A stretch of DNA of 50,129 nucleotides from positions 1 through 50,129 of the forward strand of contig WRGT01000069.1 in NCBI GenBank assembly GCA_009787025.1. The letters are read 5' to 3'. Each line of letters begins with the position of its first letter. The stretch's first letter is position 1. Both the position numbers and the translations under genes were made by a program. Below, one piece after another: positions 41,511 through 50,129 of the stretch. The stretch is from Spirochaetota bacterium (GTDB taxonomy: Bacteria; Spirochaetota; UBA4802; UBA5550). A model generated the notes under the pieces. It ran no database searches. It was not told where the DNA came from and saw nothing but the letters and a program-made list of their open reading frames with translations.

Positions 41511-41681
41511 TTCTACGTCATCGCGAGCCGAGTTTTAAGTTCATCAGTTAGAACAATGTAAACTCGGCGTGGCGATCCAGTGGAATACAATCCAGCAGGA
41601 TAAATTAAGACCCTGGATTGCCACGCGCAGGTTACACAATCTGTACTCAAGCATGGCTGAAGCGCTCGCAATGACATAGAA
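41511..41681 (-). repeat. ~170-bp multi-arm palindromic element (MITE/RPE-like), copy 1
   Basis: 18-bp imperfect terminal inverted repeats TTCTACGTCATCGCGAGC / GCTCGCAATGACATAGAA; inner stems GCGTGGCGATCCAG/CTGGATTGCCACGC and CGAGTTT/AAACTCG; second copy at 50001. Confidence 0.88.
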
Positions 41682-41736
41682 AAAATGTAAATATCTCAAT
41701 ATATTTAATACTTATCAGACAACATCGAAAATTCGG

Positions 41737-42309
41737 CTATTTTATCAGCCTCATTACCTTTTCAGCATCAAGGTTAGAAATATTTTCAATCCCAAGGTTC
41801 GTATTTTTTAAAGTATCATTAATTCCGACCATTAGACTTTCTATCTTTTTATTTGAAATAATATTATTTGAAATAACATTCGATGCGGCAATATTATCCA
41901 TCTCTACCTGAATCTTAGTCAAAGATGTTAAATTACTTGAAATAAGAACATCTATTTCATTCTTTTTTAACTTAAATGCATCTGCCGTTAATTGCGGTCC
42001 GACAAAATCCTTTAATATTCTGTTATTATTAAACAGGGTTTCGTTCATTATAGTATCTAATGCAGCAGGATTAGAGACAGATAAGAGTCTATCAAGACCT
42101 CTGCTTATCATTTGGTTTTTTGTAAGTGATGTTTGAATCTCTTTTACTTCTTTTTCGATAGTTTCAATTCTTGAATTTATGGCATTTTTGATACTGATTG
42201 AATCATTTTTTGAATTTACGCTATCCTGTTTAAGTTCTTTTTCGTCGGATTTCTTTTTATTATTGATATTTTGGGCTGAACCAAGTATACTATCTGCAGT
42301 TATTTTCAT
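41737..42309 (-). CDS. short helical protein with flagellin-like motifs
   Basis: ETLFNNNRIL, QVEMDNIAASN and terminal NLDAEKVMRLIK recall flagellin N- and C-terminal motifs; GGAAGG RBS. Confidence 0.55.
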   Translation of the reverse strand: MKITADSILGSAQNINNKKKSDEKELKQDSVNSKNDSISIKNAINSRIETIEKEVKEIQTSLTKNQMISRGLDRLLSVSNPAALDTIMNETLFNNNRILKDFVGPQLTADAFKLKKNEIDVLISSNLTSLTKIQVEMDNIAASNVISNNIISNKKIESLMVGINDTLKNTNLGIENISNLDAEKVMRLIK

Positions 42310-42359
42310 TTTACACCTTCCATTGTGTCTATATTTCTATATTTATAACTCCTATAACC

Positions 42360-42388
42360 ATTATATAAGCGCTATTTCAATTTGTCAA
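42360..42388 (-). promoter_or_regulatory. perfect-consensus sigma70 promoter
   Basis: TTGACA-17 bp-TATAAT on the minus strand, 50 bp upstream of ATG 42309. Confidence 0.85.
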
Positions 42389-42644
42389 GTATTTTCATGC
42401 AGGCAATCTGAGTTTTCCAGTTTTACGGATTGAAGCGAGATGTCTTTTTTCTTCCTGCTTTATTTCGTAGATTTCAGTAAGGGACTCCTCAAGTTCGGAG
42501 GCTCTGACCCCTAACCTCACATATTTCATGACGAAACAATTTTTGATTAAAAAAGTCTTTGGCAAAAAAAATTTTAAAAAAAGCCAACTACGAGCGTTTA
42601 TATAATTAATTAAGTTAAAATATTATAAACACAGAGTTAATTAT

Positions 42645-43073
42645 ATGCTGAATAAAAAATCAGAAGCAAATCTGGAAATTGCAAAGCTATGCCTGGAAAA
42701 GGAAGATGAAAACTTTTTCTCGGCAGGAGTTTCAAGGGCATATTATGCAATTTTTCAGGCAACAAAATATTTGCTTGAAAAAAATTGTTTCGATTATAAA
42801 AAGTTTAAAAGAAATGAGCCTAGAGCCAAAAAGCAAAGGGATTATGCGCACGGCAGCATAAGTATAGCATTAGAATATTTTTTGTTAAATAACGGATTTA
42901 ACGGGCAAAATGATTTAAGGTTTATAAATTATATGTACACAACTTTCAATAAACTCTATTATTGGAGACTTGAAAGTGATTATAAAGATACCGTCATTAG
43001 TAAAAAAACTCTGAAAAAGGCATTAAAAAGAACTGAAATGTTTATTAATGAATTAAAAAAATACAATATATAA
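42645..43073 (+). CDS. HEPN domain protein (UPF0332/COG1895-like)
   Basis: SRAYYAIFQA, conserved H (YAHGSI), WRLESDY. Confidence 0.8.
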   Translation: MLNKKSEANLEIAKLCLEKEDENFFSAGVSRAYYAIFQATKYLLEKNCFDYKKFKRNEPRAKKQRDYAHGSISIALEYFLLNNGFNGQNDLRFINYMYTTFNKLYYWRLESDYKDTVISKKTLKKALKRTEMFINELKKYNI

Positions 43074-43083
43074 GGATAAACTT

Positions 43084-43374
43084 ATGAATAAAAAGCTAAA
43101 GCAACTGATTATAAAACATATAAATATTGTAAAATCCATGTATCCTGAAGTTTATATTGAAGTTGATATGATTGGTGATGACATTTTAGTTGGTATTGAT
43201 TCTCTGGATATTTCTGACGAAGAAAGATATGAAGACTTGATGGTCAATTTTATTAGAGAATATCACAGTAAAGGATTTCTTAATGTTTACTGGGGTGTTA
43301 ATGATACTTTAACCTGCGACAACCTTAGCCTGTTAGAAAATTCTGATAAAATACCAAGTGTAATAAATTTTTAA
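43084..43374 (+). CDS. small acidic protein, probable partner of the HEPN protein
   Basis: 96 aa, 10 bp after the HEPN stop, AAGGA RBS; family not recognised. Confidence 0.65.
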   Translation: MNKKLKQLIIKHINIVKSMYPEVYIEVDMIGDDILVGIDSLDISDEERYEDLMVNFIREYHSKGFLNVYWGVNDTLTCDNLSLLENSDKIPSVINF

Positions 43375-43376
43375 CG

Positions 43377-43404
43377 GTTGGGGCACAAAATTTTGTGCCC
43401 TTAC
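43377..43404. repeat. REP-like palindrome
   Basis: GTTGGGGCACAAAATTTTGTGCCCTTAC between convergent genes. Confidence 0.7.
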
Positions 43405-43412
43405 GGGCTCCA

Positions 43413-46151
43413 TCACTCTACTCTCTCAATCTTTAATGAAATCAGCTTAGAAACACCCGGCTCTTCCATTGTAATTCCATAGATTGATTCGCATATATTC
43501 ATAGTCTTCTTATTATGCGTTACTATAATAAACTGCGTACCCTTAGCAAACTCTCTCAGCATCTTAACAAATTTCCCAATATTCTGTTCATCAAGGGGAG
43601 CATCTATCTCATCAAGAAAACAGAACGGAGACGGCTTAACCATATATGTTGCAAATAAAAGGGCTATGGCTGTTAAAGCTCTCTCGCCGCCTGATAACAG
43701 ATTGATATTCTTAAACTTTTTCCCCGGAGGTCTTACCATAATATCAATACCGCTGTCCAATACATTTGCCGTATCAATCATTTCAAGAAAAGCTTCGCCG
43801 CCCTCAAAAAGTCTTTTAAATACATCTGAAAAATTCTTCTGAATATCATTAAATGTATTCATAAAAAGATCTATAGAGGTTTTATTAATATCCTCAATAA
43901 CATCTATAATATCCTGCCTCGCCTTTTCTATATCCGCCTTTTGGTCAATATAGTATTCAAATCTCTTTTTCAAATCACGAAACTCTTCAATTGCAAGATT
44001 ATTGATTGGTCCCAATTCCTGTATCTTTTTTCTCAGCTCCTGCATCTCCTCTTGCAAATCGTTCGCCATTGTATCATTTATTTTCAAATCATCCAAGTCT
44101 TTAACCTTTTTCTCATACTCTATCCAAAGATAATCTTGAATTGAGTCTCTTTTAAAAGATAGTTCGACCTCCGTTCTCTCCATAGCATTGATTTTATCAA
44201 GAATCTTTGTAAATTCCTCTTCATCCTTTTTTGATTCTGTTTTACGGTTTATTATGTTACTTTCAATTTCGCCTCTTTTGGCAACAAGTTCGGCTATGCT
44301 TGCTTTCAAGGCTTCACTCTTTTCATTAAACTGAATCAGCCTGTCTTCCGATTCTTTTATCTCTCTATTAATTTCATCAATTACTTTATCTGTTACGACT
44401 ATCTCTTCGTTAAAATTATCTATCTGTTTTTTAATATCATCAATCTGATATATTAAAGATGATAACTGCTTCTCAATCCAATCACAATCATTTTCATACT
44501 TAGCTATGTCTTTTTCAATCCTTGTTATCATAGAGTTTATATTCTCCAACTCCTGCTGTTCGCTATGTATAAACTCGTCAAGAAGTCCGTTATCCGCCTT
44601 TAGTTCATCTGTCTTAAGAACCGCTTCACGTATCTGCTTATCAAGCTTCTCTTTATCTGCATGTATTCCTGTCTTATCAAAAAGTATAGACCTGAACCCG
44701 TCCTCATAGCTTTCAAACTTATCAATACTGTCTTTTAAATATTTGATATTTATCTTTTCAAGAAATCCTCTTGCGCTGTCAAAAGAATTTATCTTCAGTT
44801 CATCAATAGCGCTGTTTAAATTCGCTTCTATTGCATTCAGTTCATTTTCTATAACACGCTTTACCTCTACCCTTTCCAGCTCGGAATTTTCAAGTTCAAG
44901 TTTTCTCTTTTCAATAGCATCTACAAGTTTTTTGATTACAACCTCTATAGATTCACGCAATTTCTTTAAAGAATTTTCATTATCCTTTATCCTTTTATTA
45001 TTATCCTCAATCTTATCTCTGGAGCCGTGTATCGAATCAATTTTCTTTTTTCTGCCGTTAAAAAATTCCAAGAGTTTACTTTTATCTTCGTTTATCTTGT
45101 CTTTAAGAACAATCACAGTCTCTTCATTCTTTTTCTTTTCAGCAAGAAGACGTTCACGGCTTGAACCTCTCTCTTCGAGCTTTTTTAAAATGCTGCTTTT
45201 TCTCGCCAAGTGTTCATCCGCCAACTGTCTGTTCTTTTTTGCGGATATATCTATGGTTTCTCTTCTCACTCTGTATGTATCAAGCTTTTTCTCAATCTCA
45301 AACAGCTCATACTGAAGGTCGTTTTTTCTCTTTTCATCTTTTTCATTTTCAGATGATGTTACTGCGACTCTTGCAGCTATCTTCTCTTTCTCCTGCTTTA
45401 ACTTTTCTATCTCAACATGATTCTTATCAAATCTCTTAGCAATATCTTTAAACTTTAAAACATTAAGCTTTATATCAATATCCGAAGCCTTCCCTTTCAG
45501 ATTAAGGAACTCCTTTGTCTTCTCAGCCTGTTTTGACTTCAGCTCTTTTTCTCTCTCTATTTCCTTAATTATATCGTTTAGTCTGTTTATGTTCTCTCCT
45601 GTGTCTTGCAGTTTCTTTAAGGATTCCCTTTTCTGCATTTTATATCTGGATATTCCGGCAGCCTCTTCAAAAAGGTACCTTCTGTCCTCTGCCTTTGTAG
45701 AAAGAATAAGATCTATCTTACCCTGCTCAAGAACAGAATAGGCTGATTTCCCTATACCTGTATCCATAAAGAGCTTATCTATATCTTTAAGCCTGACAGG
45801 GGATCTGTTTATGAGGTACTCCGATTCACCGTCTCTAAAAATACGCCTGCCGACAGTTACGCTGTCGGAATCAAAATCGAGTATCCTGTTACTGTTGTCT
45901 ATAGTTAATGCGACCTCTGCAAGTGAAAGGGCTTTTCTCTGATCTGTTCCCGAAAAGATAATATCTTCCATTGTCTGCCCGCGTATATTCTTTGCCTGTT
46001 TTTCGCCAAGAACCCATTTTACCGCATCAACTATATTTGATTTACCGCAGCCGTTTGGTCCGACTACTGCAGTAATTCCCGACTCAAAGTCAACTTGAGT
46101 CTTGTCTGCAAAGGATTTAAATCCAAACATCTCTATTGATTTAAGGAACAT
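43413..46151 (-). CDS. smc: chromosome segregation protein SMC, short form
   Basis: GFKSFAD, GPNGCGKSN, LEQG, FEEAAG, LSGGE, FLDEIDAPLD; 912 aa. Confidence 0.93.
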   Translation of the reverse strand: MFLKSIEMFGFKSFADKTQVDFESGITAVVGPNGCGKSNIVDAVKWVLGEKQAKNIRGQTMEDIIFSGTDQRKALSLAEVALTIDNSNRILDFDSDSVTVGRRIFRDGESEYLINRSPVRLKDIDKLFMDTGIGKSAYSVLEQGKIDLILSTKAEDRRYLFEEAAGISRYKMQKRESLKKLQDTGENINRLNDIIKEIEREKELKSKQAEKTKEFLNLKGKASDIDIKLNVLKFKDIAKRFDKNHVEIEKLKQEKEKIAARVAVTSSENEKDEKRKNDLQYELFEIEKKLDTYRVRRETIDISAKKNRQLADEHLARKSSILKKLEERGSSRERLLAEKKKNEETVIVLKDKINEDKSKLLEFFNGRKKKIDSIHGSRDKIEDNNKRIKDNENSLKKLRESIEVVIKKLVDAIEKRKLELENSELERVEVKRVIENELNAIEANLNSAIDELKINSFDSARGFLEKINIKYLKDSIDKFESYEDGFRSILFDKTGIHADKEKLDKQIREAVLKTDELKADNGLLDEFIHSEQQELENINSMITRIEKDIAKYENDCDWIEKQLSSLIYQIDDIKKQIDNFNEEIVVTDKVIDEINREIKESEDRLIQFNEKSEALKASIAELVAKRGEIESNIINRKTESKKDEEEFTKILDKINAMERTEVELSFKRDSIQDYLWIEYEKKVKDLDDLKINDTMANDLQEEMQELRKKIQELGPINNLAIEEFRDLKKRFEYYIDQKADIEKARQDIIDVIEDINKTSIDLFMNTFNDIQKNFSDVFKRLFEGGEAFLEMIDTANVLDSGIDIMVRPPGKKFKNINLLSGGERALTAIALLFATYMVKPSPFCFLDEIDAPLDEQNIGKFVKMLREFAKGTQFIIVTHNKKTMNICESIYGITMEEPGVSKLISLKIERVE

Positions 46152-46204
46152 ATTGTTTACTTTCTCTATAAAAATCTCTGTATTATAATTGTAATAATTT
46201 TTTG

Positions 46205-46252
46205 GTGTTTGACAGTAGGGACAAAAAATTTTTTGCCTCTACTGTCAAACAC
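46205..46252. repeat. REP-like palindrome with extended stem
   Basis: GTGTTTGACA-GTAGGGACAAAAAATTTTTTGCCTCTAC-TGTCAAACAC. Confidence 0.75.
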
Positions 46253-46423
46253 GCAGGTCTCACAGGTTAAAGCAAGTAGATTTTTATTCGTGTGGGGGAA
46301 AAAATAAGCAAACATAAAAATACTTGACCTGAATCTGTTTTACATATCTATTAAGCTAATTTAAAGAATCTCTTCTTTGAATTATTTAAATACTATTTTA
46401 GAGAAAATTTACAGTTAGTTGTT

Positions 46424-47260
46424 ATGAATAATTTTAATAATCTAAATCAACTCATAGAAACGGCGCTTTATGAAGACACGCTTAATATTGGAGATATAAC
46501 GTCCGAAGCAATCTTTAGCGACGAATTATACTCATATAAACTCATTGCAAAAGACAGCGGAGTGCTGTGCGGAATAGACATATTCATTGCCGTAATGAAA
46601 TATGTTGACAATAAAATAACAGTAAAAAAATTCTTTAATGACAAAGATGCAATAAATAAGGGCGATATTATAGGTGACGTCTCAGGTCCGGTAATATCCA
46701 TATTAAAAGGCGAAAGAACAGCGCTCAATTTTATATCGCACCTTTCGGGCATTGCAACAAAGACCGCTCTGTTTGTAAAAGAATCCAACGGAAGAACGAC
46801 CATTCTTGATACAAGAAAAACGCTTCCCGGATACAGAGAGCTGCAAAAATATGCAGTCCAGTGCGGCGGCGGAAAAAATCACAGGATGGGACTTTATGAT
46901 GCTATACTCATTAAGGATAATCACAGTGACTGCGCAGGCGGAATCACATCTGCAGTTGAAAAGGTCAAAGCCAAATGGGGTAATAAATACAAGATAGAGG
47001 TTGAAGCGCGGAATATTGACGAAGTAAAAGAAGCTGTAAAATGTAATGTTGACAGAATAATGCTTGATAATATGAGCAATAGTGACATGAAAGAAGCTGT
47101 TGATTATATCGGAGGCAGAATAGAAACCGAAGCCTCAGGCAATATGAATTTGCAGAGAATACATGACGTATCCCTGACAGGCGTTGATTTTATCTCATTC
47201 GGGGAGCTTACAAATTCGGTAAAGGCATTCGATTTCAGCCTAAAAGAAATCAAAGACTAA
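46424..47260 (+). CDS. nadC: quinolinate phosphoribosyltransferase
   Basis: GDITS, ERTALN, DTRKTLPG, NHRMGL, LIKDNH, MLDN, EASG. Confidence 0.96.
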   Translation: MNNFNNLNQLIETALYEDTLNIGDITSEAIFSDELYSYKLIAKDSGVLCGIDIFIAVMKYVDNKITVKKFFNDKDAINKGDIIGDVSGPVISILKGERTALNFISHLSGIATKTALFVKESNGRTTILDTRKTLPGYRELQKYAVQCGGGKNHRMGLYDAILIKDNHSDCAGGITSAVEKVKAKWGNKYKIEVEARNIDEVKEAVKCNVDRIMLDNMSNSDMKEAVDYIGGRIETEASGNMNLQRIHDVSLTGVDFISFGELTNSVKAFDFSLKEIKD

Positions 47261-47274
47261 AGGCGGAGTATATA

Positions 47275-48345
47275 ATGGATTTCAGCAACTACAGTGATGA
47301 TATGTTAAAAGAATATATAGTTGATGCTAAAAAGAGACTCGGCGATAAACTCCTGATTCCGGCGCATCACTATATCGCTAGAGATATAATAGAGATTGCA
47401 GACATTACAGGCGACTCGTATAAGCTTGCAGTTGACGTCAGCAGGAGCAATGCCGAATTCATTGTATTCTGCGGAGTGAGATTTATGGCAGACGGCGCAA
47501 AAATATTGGCTTCAAAAAATCAACATATACTGCACCCTGTACCTGACGCGGGATGTCCCATGGCTGATATGATAGATGAAGAGACTGCGGAAAAAGTTGT
47601 TGAGAGATTAAGCAAAGAGTGCGGCAGAGAAATCATCCCTTTAGTATATATGAATTCATATGCAGATTCAAAAAATTTTTGCGGACGCATGAGCGGAACA
47701 GTATGCACAAGTTCAAATGCGGGAAAGATAGTACAACATTTTCTTGATAAAGGAAAGAGTATCTTCTTCTTTCCCGATTATCATCTGGGAATGAATACCG
47801 CTGTCAAACTAAGTATTGACGAATCGCAAATCGTTAAAGTAATGACGGACCTCTCCCTTGAAGATAATAAAGATATAAAGAACGGCAGGATGTTTCTATG
47901 GGATGGGTTCTGTCCCGTACATCAGGAATTTAACGATGAGGATATTATTTCAATGAGGAAGAAATATCCCGCATCAAAAATCATTGTTCATCCCGAAACG
48001 AAAAGGAGTGTCGCTTCTTTGGCAGACATATCGGGATCTACTCAGGAAATTTTTGACAATGTAGCGAAATCGGAAGATGGTTCTACATGGATTATAGGAA
48101 CCGAAACTACTTTTGTTAATAGAATCGCAAACACATTCCCAAAGAAAACAATACTTCCGCTTAAGCAGTCTCCGTGCAGTAATATGATGAAAATAAATCT
48201 AAGAAATACTGCTGAAATAATAAAATCCGTAGAAGATTATATTGGCGGCAAAGGGGACCTTAAAAATGAAGTCTTTGTTGATGACAGATTAAAGGGAAAT
48301 GCAAAAATTGCTCTTAACAGAATGATAGAAATTGTTGAAACGTAG
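47275..48345 (+). CDS. nadA: quinolinate synthase
   Basis: AHHY, GDS, FCGVRFMA, GCPMA, YMNS, CTSSNA, CPVH, CSNM. Confidence 0.95.
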   Translation: MDFSNYSDDMLKEYIVDAKKRLGDKLLIPAHHYIARDIIEIADITGDSYKLAVDVSRSNAEFIVFCGVRFMADGAKILASKNQHILHPVPDAGCPMADMIDEETAEKVVERLSKECGREIIPLVYMNSYADSKNFCGRMSGTVCTSSNAGKIVQHFLDKGKSIFFFPDYHLGMNTAVKLSIDESQIVKVMTDLSLEDNKDIKNGRMFLWDGFCPVHQEFNDEDIISMRKKYPASKIIVHPETKRSVASLADISGSTQEIFDNVAKSEDGSTWIIGTETTFVNRIANTFPKKTILPLKQSPCSNMMKINLRNTAEIIKSVEDYIGGKGDLKNEVFVDDRLKGNAKIALNRMIEIVET

Positions 48346-48407
48346 GAGTCGTCCCTAACCGGTATTTGGCTAAACGAATGTATTTAAAATGACACAAGAA
48401 CGTAACC

Positions 48408-49991
48408 ATGGAGAAAATCATGAGGCATCAATTTGATGTTGTAATAGTAGGAACAGGTATAGCAGGGCTTACATGCGCAATCTATTTGAAGAAAGCCGGA
48501 CTTAATGTTGTATCAATGACAAAGGAGAGTCATATATCTGATAGCAATACGTTTCATGCGCAAGGCGGAATTGTAGCCTCAAAGGATGATGACTCTGCCA
48601 ATCTTCTTAGAGAGGATATACTCAATGCAGGATGTTCTTATAACAGGATCGATGCGGTAGAGTATTTTGTAAAATATGGTCCGCCATTGGTCTTTGACTT
48701 TTTAGTTAATGATGTGGGGATAGAGTTCAGCAAATCAAGCAAAGGGGATATTGACTATACCGAAGAAGCGGCTCACAGTGTTAAACGCATAGTGCATTTT
48801 GAAGATCATACGGGAGATAAAATTGAGGAATCACTTATAGATTATGCCAAGAAGATCGGAGTTAAGTTTCTTGTAGATTATACTGCCATTGACCTGATTA
48901 CAAACAATCACCATTCAAGAAATACTCAGGAGCTCTACAAGGAAAGAGAGGTCATGGGGATATATGCCTTAAACAATAAGAAAGATTACCCTGAAACATT
49001 CTTCGCTCAAAATGTAGTCCTTGCAACAGGCGGAATAGGAAATCTATATTATCACTCAACTAATCCGGTCTCTGCAACAGGTGACGGTATAAGTATGGCG
49101 TATAGAGCCGGAGCTGATATTATCAATGCCGAATTTGTTCAATTTCATCCTACATCCCTGTTCCATAGGGATATTAAAAGATTTTTGATTTCCGAATCAT
49201 TGAGGGGAGAAGGAGCGCGCCTAAAGGATCATAAAGATCATGAGTTTATGTATGAATATTCCGAGATGGGCGATCTTGCTCCAAGAGATGTTGTAGCGCG
49301 TTCAATTTATGATAGAATGTCGAAGACCGGTAAAGAGTATATGTTTCTTGATATAGCAAACTACTACGAGGGTTCCATACCTCTTGAAAAACGTTTCTCA
49401 AAAATATACTCAACATGTAAAGACGGCGGAATTGATATTACAAAAGAACCTATTCCCATTGTTCCGGCAGCCCACTATTTTTGCGGAGGTATAAAGGCAG
49501 ACATAAAAGGAAGAAGCTCTCTTAAAAATCTCTATGCGATAGGCGAAGCAGCCTGTACCGGACTGCATGGAGCGAATAGACTTGCATCAACATCTCTGTT
49601 AGAAGGTCTTCTGTGGGGTAAATCAACAGCTGAAGATATTATACAAAAAAAATATAGAATAAATACAAAGCGTTTCAGCAGTATTCCGGACTGGGAGATA
49701 CCGTCCGATATTGAAGAGTTTGATCCTCTGCTGATTGACCAGGATATAAAGGCTATTCAACTTACCATGTGGAACTATGCCGGGATTATAAGAACCGAAA
49801 AAGGGCTTAGACGCGCAGAGGCTGATCTTGATTACTATTCTCACAGGATAATGAGATTTTATAAGAGCGCCAAGCTGCACAAAGATATTATAGAGCTAAG
49901 AAATTCCGTTGTCTGTTCATCACTGATTGTTGCAGCGGCTCTGAGAAATACCAAATCTGTCGGATGTCATTACCGCTCTAAAAGTAATTAG
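48408..49991 (+). CDS. nadB: L-aspartate oxidase
   Basis: GTGIAG, AQGG, EAAHS, QFHPT, SESLRGEG, LAPRD, HGANRLASTSLLEG; ATG 48420 is an alternative start. Confidence 0.95.
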   Translation: MEKIMRHQFDVVIVGTGIAGLTCAIYLKKAGLNVVSMTKESHISDSNTFHAQGGIVASKDDDSANLLREDILNAGCSYNRIDAVEYFVKYGPPLVFDFLVNDVGIEFSKSSKGDIDYTEEAAHSVKRIVHFEDHTGDKIEESLIDYAKKIGVKFLVDYTAIDLITNNHHSRNTQELYKEREVMGIYALNNKKDYPETFFAQNVVLATGGIGNLYYHSTNPVSATGDGISMAYRAGADIINAEFVQFHPTSLFHRDIKRFLISESLRGEGARLKDHKDHEFMYEYSEMGDLAPRDVVARSIYDRMSKTGKEYMFLDIANYYEGSIPLEKRFSKIYSTCKDGGIDITKEPIPIVPAAHYFCGGIKADIKGRSSLKNLYAIGEAACTGLHGANRLASTSLLEGLLWGKSTAEDIIQKKYRINTKRFSSIPDWEIPSDIEEFDPLLIDQDIKAIQLTMWNYAGIIRTEKGLRRAEADLDYYSHRIMRFYKSAKLHKDIIELRNSVVCSSLIVAAALRNTKSVGCHYRSKSN

Positions 49992-50000
49992 CTATATGTT

Positions 50001-50129
50001 TTCTATGTCATTGCGAGCGCTTCAGCCCGGTTAAGTATAGATTGAGTAACCTGCGCGTGGCAATCCAGAGTCTTAATTTATCCTACTGGATCGCCACGCC
50101 GAGTTTGCACTGTTTTATCGGGAGAACTT
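50001..50129 (+). repeat. multi-arm palindromic element, copy 2 (cut by window end)
   Basis: TTCTATGTCATTGCGAGCGCTTCAGCC..GCGTGGCAATCCAG..CTGGATCGCCACGCCGAGTTT matches the reverse complement of 41511-41681. Confidence 0.88.

Noticed and set aside
41511-41681. tRNA or integron attC site
   Set aside because: No T-loop, D-loop or CCA features, too long for a tRNA, no clear RYYYAAC/GTTRRRY ends and no integrase
42423-42530. 35-aa minus-strand ORF MKYVRLGVRASELEESLTEIYEIKQEEKKTSRFNP
   Set aside because: No RBS and no recognisable motif; may be a remnant but cannot be supported

Overview
AT-rich bacterial chromosomal segment, read by eye with no searches run. A short hinge-less SMC, beta-barrel outer-membrane proteins and a flagellin-like ORF suggest a diderm, probably a spirochaete (inference). 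Housekeeping genes: hisD, alaA-type aminotransferase, lepA, rlmB-cysS, murB, uvrA, smc, nadC-nadA-nadB. Accessory content: three tandem ~725-aa acyl-CoA transferase/hydrolase paralogs, a toxin-antitoxin islet between lepA and rlmB (VapB-like gene, internally deleted vapC, hicAB), a HEPN gene with an unrecognised acidic partner, a DUF4139-like/Omp85-like pair, a degenerate HD-GYP protein, and an unannotated zinc-ribbon ORF with no canonical start. Non-coding features: a ~170-bp multi-arm palindromic element (two copies), GTAG-type REP-like palindromes, a heptamer tandem array, and a terminator-bounded candidate sRNA upstream of murB. No rRNA, tRNA, CRISPR array, intact transposase or integrase was seen. 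No single finding proves a new system; the best leads are ranked in findings.
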